Assembly: GCA_025453315.1 (NCBI GenBank)
Contig: JALOQQ010000002.1
Span: 1 to 32,309 of the forward strand
Direction of reading: 5' to 3'
Length of the DNA: 32,309 nucleotides
From: Planctomycetota bacterium
GTDB lineage: Bacteria; Patescibacteriota; Patescibacteriia; Patescibacteriales; UBA12465
A program made the position numbers and the translations under genes. Below, piece after piece: positions 1-9,435 of the stretch; position 1 is the stretch's first letter; the number at the start of each line of letters is the position of its first letter. Under the pieces are notes generated by a model, which saw only the letters and a program-made list of their open reading frames with translations, was not told the origin of the DNA and searched no databases.

Positions 1-141
1 AACAAAATTATAAAAGAAAATTTGGGCATAAAATACATTGATATTGAAATAAATTAATCTTTTTTTTCTTCTTCTTCACTCTCTTTAAAATTTGTGTTGT
101 TTGTGCCATAATATTAATATTATTAATTAAATATTAATACT

Positions 142-1395
142 ATGCCCTCCTATTCTTATCTTCAACAATTTGACCCCCAGTTATTTTCTCTTTTACAAAA
201 AGAAGAGGAAAGACAAAATAATGAACTAGAATTAATTGCCTCTGAAAATTATGTCTCCCGAGCGGTTTTAGAAGCTATGGCCACTGTGTTTACCAATAAA
301 TACAGTGAGGGTTATAGTGGACACCGTTATTACGGTGGAAACCAAGTAATTGATGAATTAGAGAATCTAGCAATTGAAAGAGCAAAAAAACTTTTTTCTG
401 CCGAACATGTTAATGTTCAAGCGCTTTCCGGATCTCCAGCCAACGCCGCTGTCTACATGGCTTTTTTAGAACCAGGGGATAAAGTATTAGGCTTACGTTT
501 AGATCATGGAGGACACCTTTCTCATGGCCATAATGTTAATTTTTCTGGTCGTCTTTATAACTTTGTTCAATATGGTCTTAACCCAGAAACTGGTCGCATT
601 GATATGGATGAAGTAAGAAAAATTGCTCTTCAAGAAAAACCCAAAATGATTGTTGCTGGCTTCAGTGCTTATTCCAGAGAAATTGAGTGGGAAAAATTTA
701 AAGAAATCGCTGATGAAGTTGGCGCTTTTACATTTGCTGATATTGCGCACATTGCCGGATTAATCGCTGGTGGGGTTGCTAAAAATCCAGTACCAATTTT
801 CGATGTTGTTTCTACTACCACCCACAAAACTCTTCGTGGACCACGCGGCGCCATTATTATGTGTAAAGAAAAATTCGCCAAACAGATTGATCGTGCTATT
901 TTTCCCGGTATGCAGGGTGGTCCTCATGACCACATTACCGCCGCTAAAGCAGTTGCTTTTGGCGAGGCCTTAAAACCGGAATTTAAAGTCTATGCTCAAC
1001 AAATTATTAATAATTCTAGGGCGTTAGCAAATAAATTATCAAGCTTGGGCTACCAAGTTGTTTCTGGTGGTACCGACAATCATTTAATGGTAGTAAACCT
1101 ACATCCCCGGGGTTTAAGCGGAAAAGAAGCTGAACAAACTCTAGAAAATATCGGTATTTCTGTTTCTCGCTCTACTATACCCAATGACCCTAATCCTCCT
1201 CTTAATCCCTCAGGTATTCGTATTGGCACTCCAGCCGCCACCACTAGAGGAATGAAAGAAAACGAAATGGAACAGGTGGCTATTATTATAGACTCGGCTT
1301 TAAATAATAAAAACAACTCAGAAACACTTAATACATTAAAACAAGAGGTACGAAAGCTTTGCCAAAAATTTCCCTCTCCTAGCGCCACTTTATGA
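142..1395 (+). CDS. glyA: serine hydroxymethyltransferase
   Basis: 417-aa ORF with full-length SHMT pattern (ELIASENY, GGHLSHGH, PLP-lysine region TTTHKTLRGPRG). 4-nt ATGA overlap with folD. Confidence 0.95.
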   Translation: MPSYSYLQQFDPQLFSLLQKEEERQNNELELIASENYVSRAVLEAMATVFTNKYSEGYSGHRYYGGNQVIDELENLAIERAKKLFSAEHVNVQALSGSPANAAVYMAFLEPGDKVLGLRLDHGGHLSHGHNVNFSGRLYNFVQYGLNPETGRIDMDEVRKIALQEKPKMIVAGFSAYSREIEWEKFKEIADEVGAFTFADIAHIAGLIAGGVAKNPVPIFDVVSTTTHKTLRGPRGAIIMCKEKFAKQIDRAIFPGMQGGPHDHITAAKAVAFGEALKPEFKVYAQQIINNSRALANKLSSLGYQVVSGGTDNHLMVVNLHPRGLSGKEAEQTLENIGISVSRSTIPNDPNPPLNPSGIRIGTPAATTRGMKENEMEQVAIIIDSALNNKNNSETLNTLKQEVRKLCQKFPSPSATL

Positions 1396-2231
1396 AAATA
1401 ATTAATGGCAAAAAAATAGCTGAAAAAGTAAAAGACGATATTGTAAAAGAAGTGCATTCTTTAATAAAAAACAATTTTAATCGCCCCTGTTTGGCTATTA
1501 TTTTGGTTGGAAATCGCTCCGATTCAAAACTATATGTTTCTTTAAAAGAAAAGGAAGCAAAAAGCGTTGGGATTGATACTCATCTTTATAAATTTCCCAA
1601 TAATATAAAAGAAAAAGATTTATTAGATGTTATTTCTTTCCTTAATAAAGATTCAGAAGTACACGGAATTTTAATACAACTTCCTCTACCAAAACACCTT
1701 AATACTGATAATATTATTAAAGCGATTAACCCCCAAAAAGACGCTGATGGTTTTCACCCCAATAAAAATCCCGGGGTAATTTCTCCAGTCTATGCCTCGG
1801 TTTTACAAATGCTTTCGGAAATAAAATTTAACCCCAAAAATAAAAAAATTTTTATTCTTTGTAATTCTTTAATTTTTGGAAATGGCTTAGCTGAATTATT
1901 AAAAAAAGCTGGTGGAATAATAACCGTAAGCCAAACTAAGAATAAAAACGAAATTAAAACTCACTCCCTAGAATCTGATCTCTTTATATCGGCTATTGGC
2001 CGGGCCAACTTTATTACCAAAGAATTTATTAAAACCAATTCCGTTATTATTGATATTGGCATTAGTAAAGATGAGGGAAAAAGAGTTAAAGGAGATTTTG
2101 ATTTTGAAGATATAAAAAACAAAGCCTCTTATATTACTCCCGTTCCTGGAGGAATCGGACCATTAACCATAGCTATGTTGTTTAAAAATGTTCTCTTCTT
2201 ATATAAGAACAATTCTTCGCTTAAAAATTAA
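1392..2231 (+). CDS. folD: bifunctional methylenetetrahydrofolate dehydrogenase/cyclohydrolase
   Basis: 279 aa. Motifs ILVGNRSDSKLYV, GILIQLPLP, DADGFHP, PVPGGIGPLTIAML. Translationally coupled to glyA. Confidence 0.9.
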   Translation: MKIINGKKIAEKVKDDIVKEVHSLIKNNFNRPCLAIILVGNRSDSKLYVSLKEKEAKSVGIDTHLYKFPNNIKEKDLLDVISFLNKDSEVHGILIQLPLPKHLNTDNIIKAINPQKDADGFHPNKNPGVISPVYASVLQMLSEIKFNPKNKKIFILCNSLIFGNGLAELLKKAGGIITVSQTKNKNEIKTHSLESDLFISAIGRANFITKEFIKTNSVIIDIGISKDEGKRVKGDFDFEDIKNKASYITPVPGGIGPLTIAMLFKNVLFLYKNNSSLKN

Positions 2232-2350
2232 ATGTTTTAACTATTGTTCTTGTTATTAACCAGAGACTTCCCATGATCAAAAAACAATTACTCCCGAACA
2301 ACAAATTACTGTGTGAAATTTCTAATTATCTAAAAACTTATTTCTTGCTA

Positions 2351-2384
2351 ATATAAGCCATTTAAAATGGCTTATATTTAATTT
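2351..2384 (+). terminator. intrinsic terminator-like hairpin after folD
   Basis: 10-bp stem ATATAAGCCA/TGGCTTATAT with 7-nt loop, followed by a T-rich tail. AT-rich stem, so moderate confidence. Confidence 0.45.
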
Positions 2385-2441
2385 AATACTTCTTAATTAT
2401 TCTTATTTTAATTTTAAGCTGATATGCTACAATAGGCCTAT

Positions 2442-4211
2442 ATGATCGAGCAAAAACACACCCCCAAAGACCAACTTTTAAATTTATTAAAGATCCATTA
2501 TGGCTTTGACAATTTTCGCCCTGGACAAGAAAAAGCCATTGATAGTATTTTGGCTAAAAAAAACACTGTCGTTATTATGCCCACTGGTGGCGGAAAATCA
2601 TTAATATATCAATTGCCTTCTTTAATTCTAGATGGCTTAACTCTAGTTGTTTCTCCTCTTATTTCTTTAATGAAAGACCAGGTTGATTCTTTAAATAAGG
2701 TTGGTATTCCGGCAACTTTTTTAAATTCTTCATTATCATTAAAAGAAAGCGAAGAACGTTTGACGGCCATACAAAACAATAACTATAAAATAGTTTATGT
2801 TGCACCAGAACGTTTTTATAACAAATCTTTTCTTGATAGTCTTGGTCAGATTACTATTAGCTTGTTTGCTATTGATGAGGCCCACTGTATTAGTCAGTGG
2901 GGACATGATTTTCGTCCCAGTTATGTTAGATTAAAAGAAGCTATAAAACTAGTTGGCAACCCGGTTGTGGTAGCTCTTACCGCTACCGCCACTCCAGAAG
3001 TAAAAGAAGATATTATAAAACAATTAGGCCTAGTTGACCCCGAAGTTATTGTTACTGGTTTTGCTAGACCAAATCTCCAACTTGGTGTTATTCAGGCTAA
3101 TGATAGTAGCAAATTAGAGTTTATTGTGGATATTGTAAAAAATAATAACACCGGCTCAGGAATCGTTTATACCAGTACTAGGGCCAAGGCCGATGAAATA
3201 GTGGCTCTCCTGTCAGAAGAGGGTGTGAGGGCTGTGGTGTATCATGGAGGCATGGACTCTAATAGTCGTAGTTGGGTGCAAGAAAGCTTTATGAATAATC
3301 AGGCCCAAGTGGTTGTGGCTACTAACGCTTTTGGGCTAGGAATTAATAAAAAAGATATTCGTTTTGTTATTCATCATGATATGCCCGGGACAGTAGAGGC
3401 TTATTATCAAGAAGCTGGACGAGCCGGAAGAGACGGAAAAGAAAGTTTTTGTTTATTATTTTATTCACCAAAAGATCGTTATCTTCATGAGTTTTTTATT
3501 AAAGGAGATAATCCCCCTCCCCAGTCTATAGTTGAAACCTATGAAATAATTTTAAATAAATATCTTAATCAAGAAAAAACCATAAACCCTAATAATTATT
3601 TATTAGACTCTGTCTTAATCACTTATTCGGAAATTGCTGAACAACTTAGTGAAAAAATACCCGAAATGGCTATCGGCACTGCCCTTAAACTTTTAGAAAA
3701 AGAAGGTTATTTGGCCAGACCGAACGAAAGAACCTCTAGTGCTTATTTAAAAATGAAAATTAATATCAACACTGTAATTGAAGAACTAAAGGGCAAACAA
3801 AAAAATTCTTTTACTAAGCTTTGTGATAAATTTTCTACTGAACTTGAAAAAGGTTGGCGCATTAATTTAGAGGAAGTTTCTTCTCTTTTAGAAATAAAAA
3901 AAGATAGTTTACAAAGATTAATAAAAAAAGGCGTTGAACAAGATTGGTGGTATTATGAACCGCCCTTTAGAGGAACTGAAGTAAAAATATTAAAAAAAGT
4001 TTGCCCGGACGACATAGAACTAAACCTGAGCGCTCTAAAAGAAAAAATGAAAAAGGCTTACGAGAAATTAGACTTAATAGAAAATTACATTTATCACTCG
4101 GGTTGTCGCCAACAGTATATTTTAGAATATTTTGGTGAAAATAAAAGTTTTAGTTGCGGTAAATGTGATCGTTGCCTAAAACCCAAAAAAGAATACTTAT
4201 CTTCTTATTAA
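2442..4211 (+). CDS. recQ: RecQ-family ATP-dependent DNA helicase (atypical C-terminal architecture)
   Basis: 589 aa. Walker [14 protein letters not shown] box [16 protein letters not shown], motif [12 protein letters not shown]. Terminal Cys4 cluster C555-X16-C572-X2-C575-X2-C578 in the context [12 protein letters not shown]...CGKCDRC. Confidence 0.9.
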   Translation: MIEQKHTPKDQLLNLLKIHYGFDNFRPGQEKAIDSILAKKNTVVIMPTGGGKSLIYQLPSLILDGLTLVVSPLISLMKDQVDSLNKVGIPATFLNSSLSLKESEERLTAIQNNNYKIVYVAPERFYNKSFLDSLGQITISLFAIDEAHCISQWGHDFRPSYVRLKEAIKLVGNPVVVALTATATPEVKEDIIKQLGLVDPEVIVTGFARPNLQLGVIQANDSSKLEFIVDIVKNNNTGSGIVYTSTRAKADEIVALLSEEGVRAVVYHGGMDSNSRSWVQESFMNNQAQVVVATNAFGLGINKKDIRFVIHHDMPGTVEAYYQEAGRAGRDGKESFCLLFYSPKDRYLHEFFIKGDNPPPQSIVETYEIILNKYLNQEKTINPNNYLLDSVLITYSEIAEQLSEKIPEMAIGTALKLLEKEGYLARPNERTSSAYLKMKININTVIEELKGKQKNSFTKLCDKFSTELEKGWRINLEEVSSLLEIKKDSLQRLIKKGVEQDWWYYEPPFRGTEVKILKKVCPDDIELNLSALKEKMKKAYEKLDLIENYIYHSGCRQQYILEYFGENKSFSCGKCDRCLKPKKEYLSSY

Positions 4212-4215
4212 TATT

Positions 4216-4974
4216 ATGAGGGCCGAACAAGAACAAAAACTATTAAACTTAGTAAAACAAAATTATAATTCTTGTGCCCAAGAATTCTGTTCTACTAGAA
4301 AAAAAATGGTTTGGCCCAAGCTAAAGAGTATTGTTGATGAATTAATTAATAATCAGCCCGAGCAAACCAAGTTTATTTTAGATGCGGGTTGTGGCAATGG
4401 ACGTCTTATCCCTATCTTACCAAGTAATTGTTATTATTACGGTATTGATGTAAGTGCAAACCTTCTCTCTTTGGCAGAAAAAAATGTTATTGAGTGGAGA
4501 AGCCAAGTGCCCCTACCCCAAAAAATAACTTTTCGGGCTGGTAGTTTAGTAAATAAGAGTGAACTCCCACTAGATATTTCTTTTGATCTTATTTTTTGTA
4601 TAGCAGTTATTCATCACCTCCCGGGCAAAAGCTTACGCTTACAAGCTTTAAATAACTTAAAATTGTTGTTAAAAACAAATGGCCACTTAGTTATTAGTTT
4701 TTGGAATTTTTTTAGTCTCAATAATTTGTTTAAAAAAAGGGGTTTATTGTTGGTCTTAAAATTTGCTCTCTTAAAATTATTGGGTAAAAATAATTTTGAT
4801 TTTGGTGATTTGTTTTTCAACTGGGGAAATAAAAATAAAGTTTCACCCGACAGTTTGCGTTATTACCACGCCTTTACTTTGCGGGGTTTTTGCCGCCTGG
4901 CCCGAGAAGCTAATTTTAAAATTGAAAAAATTGAAAAAGATAGTTATAATTACTACATTACTCTTAAAAATTAA
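4216..4974 (+). CDS. class I SAM-dependent methyltransferase, Trm9/ALKBH8-like
   Basis: 252 aa. Motif I LDAGCGNGRL. IAVIHHLPG...LLKTNGHLVISFWN resembles the Trm9-type post-motif II/III region. Starts 4 nt after the recQ stop. Confidence 0.7.
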   Translation: MRAEQEQKLLNLVKQNYNSCAQEFCSTRKKMVWPKLKSIVDELINNQPEQTKFILDAGCGNGRLIPILPSNCYYYGIDVSANLLSLAEKNVIEWRSQVPLPQKITFRAGSLVNKSELPLDISFDLIFCIAVIHHLPGKSLRLQALNNLKLLLKTNGHLVISFWNFFSLNNLFKKRGLLLVLKFALLKLLGKNNFDFGDLFFNWGNKNKVSPDSLRYYHAFTLRGFCRLAREANFKIEKIEKDSYNYYITLKN

Positions 4975-5011
4975 TAATTAAAAACCCAATAATTTTTGGG
5001 TAAAGAAAAAT

Positions 5012-5344
5012 ATGTCTAATGCGCTTGATGTTACTAAGCAAACTTTTCAAAGCGAAGTTTTAAATTCTGCCCTTCCAGTATTAGTAGATTTCTGGGCGCC
5101 CTGGTGTATGCCTTGTCGTATGATGGGACCAACCTTGGACGAACTATCAACCGAGTTAGAAGGTAAATTAAGAATTGTTAAAGTTAATACTAATGAAGAA
5201 GAAAACCAAGAAATAGCCCAACAATATCAAATACAAAGCATTCCTAATTTAAAGCTTTTTGTTGGCGGGAAAGTAATACAAGAATTTGTTGGTTTACAAT
5301 CCAAAGACGACTTAAAAGAATCTTTATTAAACGCTATTAAATAA
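5012..5344 (+). CDS. trxA: thioredoxin (non-canonical CMPC active site)
   Basis: 110 aa. Thioredoxin length and layout, active-site context FWAPWCMPCRMMGP, cis-Pro region IQSIPNLKLF. Confidence 0.9.
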   Translation: MSNALDVTKQTFQSEVLNSALPVLVDFWAPWCMPCRMMGPTLDELSTELEGKLRIVKVNTNEEENQEIAQQYQIQSIPNLKLFVGGKVIQEFVGLQSKDDLKESLLNAIK

Positions 5345-5405
5345 GCTATTCTTCTCTCCAAGCCAGTCACAAACAACAAGCCACCAGCACAAGACTTAAT
5401 GTAAT

Positions 5406-5440
5406 AAAAAAATAAACCGCTTATAACGGTTTATTTTTTT
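5406..5440. terminator. bidirectional intrinsic terminator between convergent trxA and the lipoprotein gene
   Basis: Stem ATAAACCG/CGGTTTAT (5412-5419/5427-5434), 7-nt loop, flanked by an A-run 5' and a T-run 3'. Confidence 0.7.
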
Positions 5441-5459
5441 ATATAAAACTCTGATTTAT

Positions 5460-6440
5460 TTAGTTGCCACAAGAAGCATTAATATTGGTTCCGTTATTAC
5501 TAAAACCAAATCCCGGGGCTGGAGCTTCTGCGGAGAGCTGTTTTGAACATTCGGCTGGTTGAGTAGTAAAGGCTGAACAAATAGTTTTCAATAAACTGCT
5601 AGCATCTCTACCAGAAGAAATGTTTTCACCGTTAATTATTAAAGTAGGAGATCCCTGAACACCATATTTAGCATTGTCTTCTTTGTTTACATCAAATCCT
5701 GGAAAATTGCCCTGCCAACCAACTTTTTTCTCATAGTTGCTTGTAACTTTATACTTTGTATCAGTGGCTTTAACACAAGCCTTTAATTTAGTAGCACTTA
5801 CTTTGGCAGTTTTTAAACACTCGTCTGATTTACCGTCTTCCAAGAAACATGTTAGGTAAGCACTTAACTTAGTTGGTTCTTCTTTTTGAATACAATATTG
5901 AATCAAATTTTCATCCAATTCTTTCTTTTCATGCATAGCATAATCACAGAACTTTAATTTAAAATCAATTTTATTTCCTAGGGTTTCTAAAACCGGTAAC
6001 ATACCTTTTTCAATTTGGGTGCCGTAAGGACAATAACTCATAACAAATAATTCTACTTCTGGCTTGGCATTCTTCTTAGTAACTTCGGTTATTTCAGCTG
6101 GCTTATTGGCCGCGGCTGTTTTCTTTTCAGCTTCTTTAATAATTATAGCCTCTGGAAAAAAGGTTTTTCCGTCTTTAGTAATGTAAGATTCTACTTTTTG
6201 ATCATTACCAATGTTTACAGTTAATTTATATAACCCATCAGCTTCTTCAACTTTTTCAATAGTTGCCTTACTTCCCTGGGCCATTAAATTATCATTAATA
6301 AATTGTTCGGTCTTAGTTTTTATTTGATCAGTACTAACCGCTGTTATTTTTTGTACCTCTGATTTTTTAACCAAAGAACATCCCGTTATAACAAATAAAA
6401 CCGCTAAAACGGAAAGGGAGAAAACTATCGCTTTTTTCAT
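5460..6440 (-). CDS. secreted Cys-rich thioredoxin-fold (DsbA/GILT-like) lipoprotein
   Basis: 326 aa. Signal peptide with lipobox VITG-C21. Trx-fold-like segment ELFVMSYCPYGTQIEKG with CPYG where CxxC is expected. About 13 further Cys in the C-terminal half. Confidence 0.6.
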   Translation of the reverse strand: MKKAIVFSLSVLAVLFVITGCSLVKKSEVQKITAVSTDQIKTKTEQFINDNLMAQGSKATIEKVEEADGLYKLTVNIGNDQKVESYITKDGKTFFPEAIIIKEAEKKTAAANKPAEITEVTKKNAKPEVELFVMSYCPYGTQIEKGMLPVLETLGNKIDFKLKFCDYAMHEKKELDENLIQYCIQKEEPTKLSAYLTCFLEDGKSDECLKTAKVSATKLKACVKATDTKYKVTSNYEKKVGWQGNFPGFDVNKEDNAKYGVQGSPTLIINGENISSGRDASSLLKTICSAFTTQPAECSKQLSAEAPAPGFGFSNNGTNINASCGN

Positions 6441-6513
6441 AATTTTTTGTTAAATTATTTTTTAAATTAATAAATATAGTCTTATTATATTAAAAAGCCA
6501 CTCTAACGTCAAA

Positions 6514-7635
6514 TTACTGTCTTAATGGCATAACTATATAAAGTTGGCTTTCGTCTTTTTCTGGTTTAAAAACACAGGGGGCATTAGCGTCAATAACCTC
6601 TAAAACAACTTTATCACCCTCAATAGAGTTTAGGCCATCTAATAAATAACGATAATTTATAGTAATGTCATTATCATCACCAATTACTTTAGCTTCTAGT
6701 TCTACTGAACTCTCTCCAACCTGTCCTGAGGCCGCGGAGATTAAAACCCTATCCTTGGAACATGATAAACCAACATCATTTATTCCTGTTTTAGAAAAAA
6801 TTGCTGAAGCCTTAACCGCCCTTAGTAATTCTGCTCTAGATAAAATAATTCTGCTTTTATTTTTCTCTGGAATAATTTGTTTATAGTCTGGATACTGCCC
6901 ACTAATTATTCTAGAAATTAACTCGGTTGAATTTAAACAAAATAAAATTTGATTGTCAGAAATATAAATTAATACCTCTTGAGAATCTTCAGTCAACTCA
7001 ATACTGTTATTTAATATTTTAATTAATTCTTGGATGGTTTTAACTGGAACAATAATTCTCTCTTCTTGATTCTGATTCTCAATCTGACAAGCAATTTTTT
7101 TTTCTGATAATCTAAAACTATCCGTAGCCGCTAACACTAATTGATTATCAATAAAAGTAAAAAGTACTCCAGATAACTCCAAACGAGATTCGTTATTTGA
7201 TACTGCAAAGACAACCTTACTCAACGCTTCTTTAAAATCATTCCTTTTAACTTTGAATTGATTTTCTTTTTTTATACTTGGAATAAGTGGAAATTCTTTC
7301 GCTGATTGACCCTTTATTCTGGTTTTGTAATTTTCACAATTAACCTCTACCTCTTCACCTTCCTCTTCGGTTATTATTTCTATCTTTTGGTTTGGTAACA
7401 AAGAAACATACTCACCAAAAACTTTAGCATCAATAGTTATTTCCCCGCTTTTTTCAATCTTTCCCCTTAATTGGTGAGTAATACCAATTTCTAAATCAGT
7501 GGTTATTAGCTCAATATTGTCTTTTGCCCTAATTAAAATATTTCCCAGAATTGGTAAATTTATATTTTTACTAGTAGCACATCCTACGATTGAGAGAGCT
7601 TGTTTAAGGTTCTCTTGTAATCCTATTATTTTCAT
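6514..7635 (-). CDS. dnaN: DNA polymerase III beta sliding clamp
   Basis: 373 aa, three-domain clamp length. Lies immediately downstream of dnaA on the same strand. C-terminal YIVMPLRQ typical of DnaN. Confidence 0.9.
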   Translation of the reverse strand: MKIIGLQENLKQALSIVGCATSKNINLPILGNILIRAKDNIELITTDLEIGITHQLRGKIEKSGEITIDAKVFGEYVSLLPNQKIEIITEEEGEEVEVNCENYKTRIKGQSAKEFPLIPSIKKENQFKVKRNDFKEALSKVVFAVSNNESRLELSGVLFTFIDNQLVLAATDSFRLSEKKIACQIENQNQEERIIVPVKTIQELIKILNNSIELTEDSQEVLIYISDNQILFCLNSTELISRIISGQYPDYKQIIPEKNKSRIILSRAELLRAVKASAIFSKTGINDVGLSCSKDRVLISAASGQVGESSVELEAKVIGDDNDITINYRYLLDGLNSIEGDKVVLEVIDANAPCVFKPEKDESQLYIVMPLRQ

Positions 7636-7897
7636 AATTATAATATAGAATTAATAATAAGCGTTGTTGAAAAGTTTATTAATAAATATTTTTTAACTAA
7701 GTTTAGCTTCTTTTTGGGGTTTTTAAATGAAATTTTTTGGTGGGCAATTGGTGGGTAATTGTTAGGTGATTTGTGTATAGTTTTTCTTTTGGTTCTTTTA
7801 TACACAAATGATTAAAAAGTTTTAACAGAGAATGGTTGAGGTGTTAGTTATTTTTTAACAATCAATTAACAATCTTGTTCAGTGGTTTTACACTCTA
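7636..7897. other. candidate oriC segment (dnaA-dnaN spacer) with DnaA-box-like repeats and an AT-rich tract
   Basis: 262-bp non-coding spacer. AT-rich 7636-7736. Phased box-like repeats 7737-7780. TTATACACA (fits TTATNCACA) at 7798-7806. 11-bp perfect inverted repeat 7769-7779/7799-7809. Confidence 0.5.
7737..7780 (+). repeat. four tandem 11-bp units (TTGGTGGGCAA / TTGGTGGGTAA / TTGTTAGGTGA / TTTGTGTATAG)
   Basis: Read directly. Units 1, 2 and 4 match the TGTGGATAA orientation of the DnaA box at 6/9, 7/9 and 7/9. Unit 3 is degenerate. Spacing is exactly 11 bp, one helical turn. Confidence 0.6.
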
Positions 7898-9283
7898 CTA
7901 ATCTAACAACTGTTTAATAGAATCTAGTTCTTGTTTTAGTTTTTCATTTTCTTTTTTAAGCTCATTAGAAATTTTATTATAAGCGTGCATAGCGGTTGTG
8001 TGATCGCGACCACCAAGCTCTTCACCAATTGTGGGATAAGAGGTGTTTAATTCTTCTCTCATAAGATAAATGGCCACCTGTCTAGGCCAAACTAATTCTT
8101 TTTTTCGTCCCTCGCCCAATAAATCTTTATTGGTTATGCCATAATATTTAACAACCGCCTCAATAATATCTTTGGGGGTGGTGTTTTTGGGTTGAGCGTT
8201 TGCTAAGATATCGCTTAAGATGTTTTTAACGCTTTTAATAGAGGGTTCTACTTTATTTAATTGATGAGAGGCAATTATTTTATTAAGGGCACCTTCTAAT
8301 TCTCTAACATTATTTTGAATACAGCCGGCCACATAACTTAGCACCTCGCGGTCTAGTGGAAAGTTTTTTTCATTTGCCTTTTTTTCTAAAATAGCCATTT
8401 TTGTTTCGACGTCTGGTTTTCCAACATCAACAACCATTCCAGATTCGAAACGAGAAGTAAGTCTTTTTTCTACGGCTGGTATTAGTTTTGGTGGTCGATC
8501 AGAGGTTAAGACTATTTGTTTGTTGTCTTGTAATAATTCATTAAAGGTGTGAAAAAACTCTTCTTGAGTTCCGTCTTTTCCGCCCATGAATTGAACATCG
8601 TCAACCAACAACAAGTCTACGTTTCGATAAACGCTTTTAAATTCCTTGGCCCTACCACCATGAACAGCCTGAACATAATTATTCATAAACTTTTCACTGG
8701 TGGTATATAATATTTTAGAAGTTTTCTTTAAGAGATCGTTGCCAACAGCTTGTAATAAATGAGTTTTCCCAAGCCCAACGCCACCATAAATAAATAGTGG
8801 ATTATATATTTCTCCCGGGCGATCAACAACCGCCTTACATGCGGCATAAGCTAGTTCATTTCCCTTACCAACTACAAAATTTTCAAAAAGATATCTAGTA
8901 TTAAGCCCACAAGAATTTGTTTTTTGTCCATCAATCCTAGATTCAGGGGTTGCGCTTGGTGTGGTTTCTAAATTAGCGGGCTGATTATTAGAGAAAGAAT
9001 AATTATTAATTGGCTGTCTGCTAGAGGCGTCGCGTTTTAACTCAACTCGATATTGTATCTCAGAAATTTTTTGATGACTGATTTTTTCTAGAGCCCCTAA
9101 AATACTTTTATGGTATTTCTCTTCAAGCCACTTTTTAGCAAAAGCGTTTGGAACTCCCACAATAACCTTATTTTGTTCAAAAGAAGAAATGAAAGTGTCT
9201 TTAAACCAGGTAATAAAGTTAGCGCGGGATAAGTTTACTTCAATCTCGCCCAACACCGCTTGCCAAAGTTGCTCGTTGTTCAT
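7898..9283 (-). CDS. dnaA: chromosomal replication initiator protein DnaA
   Basis: 461 aa. AAA+ Walker A GGVGLGKTHLL, Walker B LLLVDDVQF, C-terminal DNA-binding signature GGRDHTTAMHA. Confidence 0.95.
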   Translation of the reverse strand: MNNEQLWQAVLGEIEVNLSRANFITWFKDTFISSFEQNKVIVGVPNAFAKKWLEEKYHKSILGALEKISHQKISEIQYRVELKRDASSRQPINNYSFSNNQPANLETTPSATPESRIDGQKTNSCGLNTRYLFENFVVGKGNELAYAACKAVVDRPGEIYNPLFIYGGVGLGKTHLLQAVGNDLLKKTSKILYTTSEKFMNNYVQAVHGGRAKEFKSVYRNVDLLLVDDVQFMGGKDGTQEEFFHTFNELLQDNKQIVLTSDRPPKLIPAVEKRLTSRFESGMVVDVGKPDVETKMAILEKKANEKNFPLDREVLSYVAGCIQNNVRELEGALNKIIASHQLNKVEPSIKSVKNILSDILANAQPKNTTPKDIIEAVVKYYGITNKDLLGEGRKKELVWPRQVAIYLMREELNTSYPTIGEELGGRDHTTAMHAYNKISNELKKENEKLKQELDSIKQLLD

Positions 9284-9406
9284 AGGGTATAAATTAAATT
9301 TTTATTTTTGATGAGCTTATTATATCAAAAAACACTAAGCCCGCAATCCTAAAAAAATGTTTATAAGTTGTTAATAATTGGTGTATAATTTAAAAATAAA
9401 AATTTA

Positions 9407-9435
9407 TTGACCTTTTTAAGTTGAAATGTTATTGT
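9407..9435 (+). promoter_or_regulatory. putative rpmH operon promoter
   Basis: TTGACC, 17 nt spacer, TATTGT with TG at the extended -10 position. About 95 nt upstream of the rpmH ATG. Confidence 0.4.

Noticed and set aside
1-57. Possible 3' end of an upstream plus-strand CDS (...NKIIKENLGIKYIDIEIN*)
   Set aside because: Only 18 codons are visible and there is no recognisable motif. It cannot be supported as a feature.
499-1457. ORFs 499-750(-), 669-881(-), 770-973(+) and 1080-1457(-)
   Set aside because: All are nested in or antisense to glyA/folD, which have unambiguous full-length homology patterns. Their composition is low-complexity, typical of shadow ORFs in AT-rich DNA.
4614-4981. ORFs 4614-4820(-) and 4796-4981(+)
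   Set aside because: They are antisense to, or out of frame within, the methyltransferase gene 4216-4974. They are Lys/Phe/Leu-rich shadow frames.
6665-6886. ORF 6665-6886(+)
   Set aside because: It is antisense to dnaN and has no motif.
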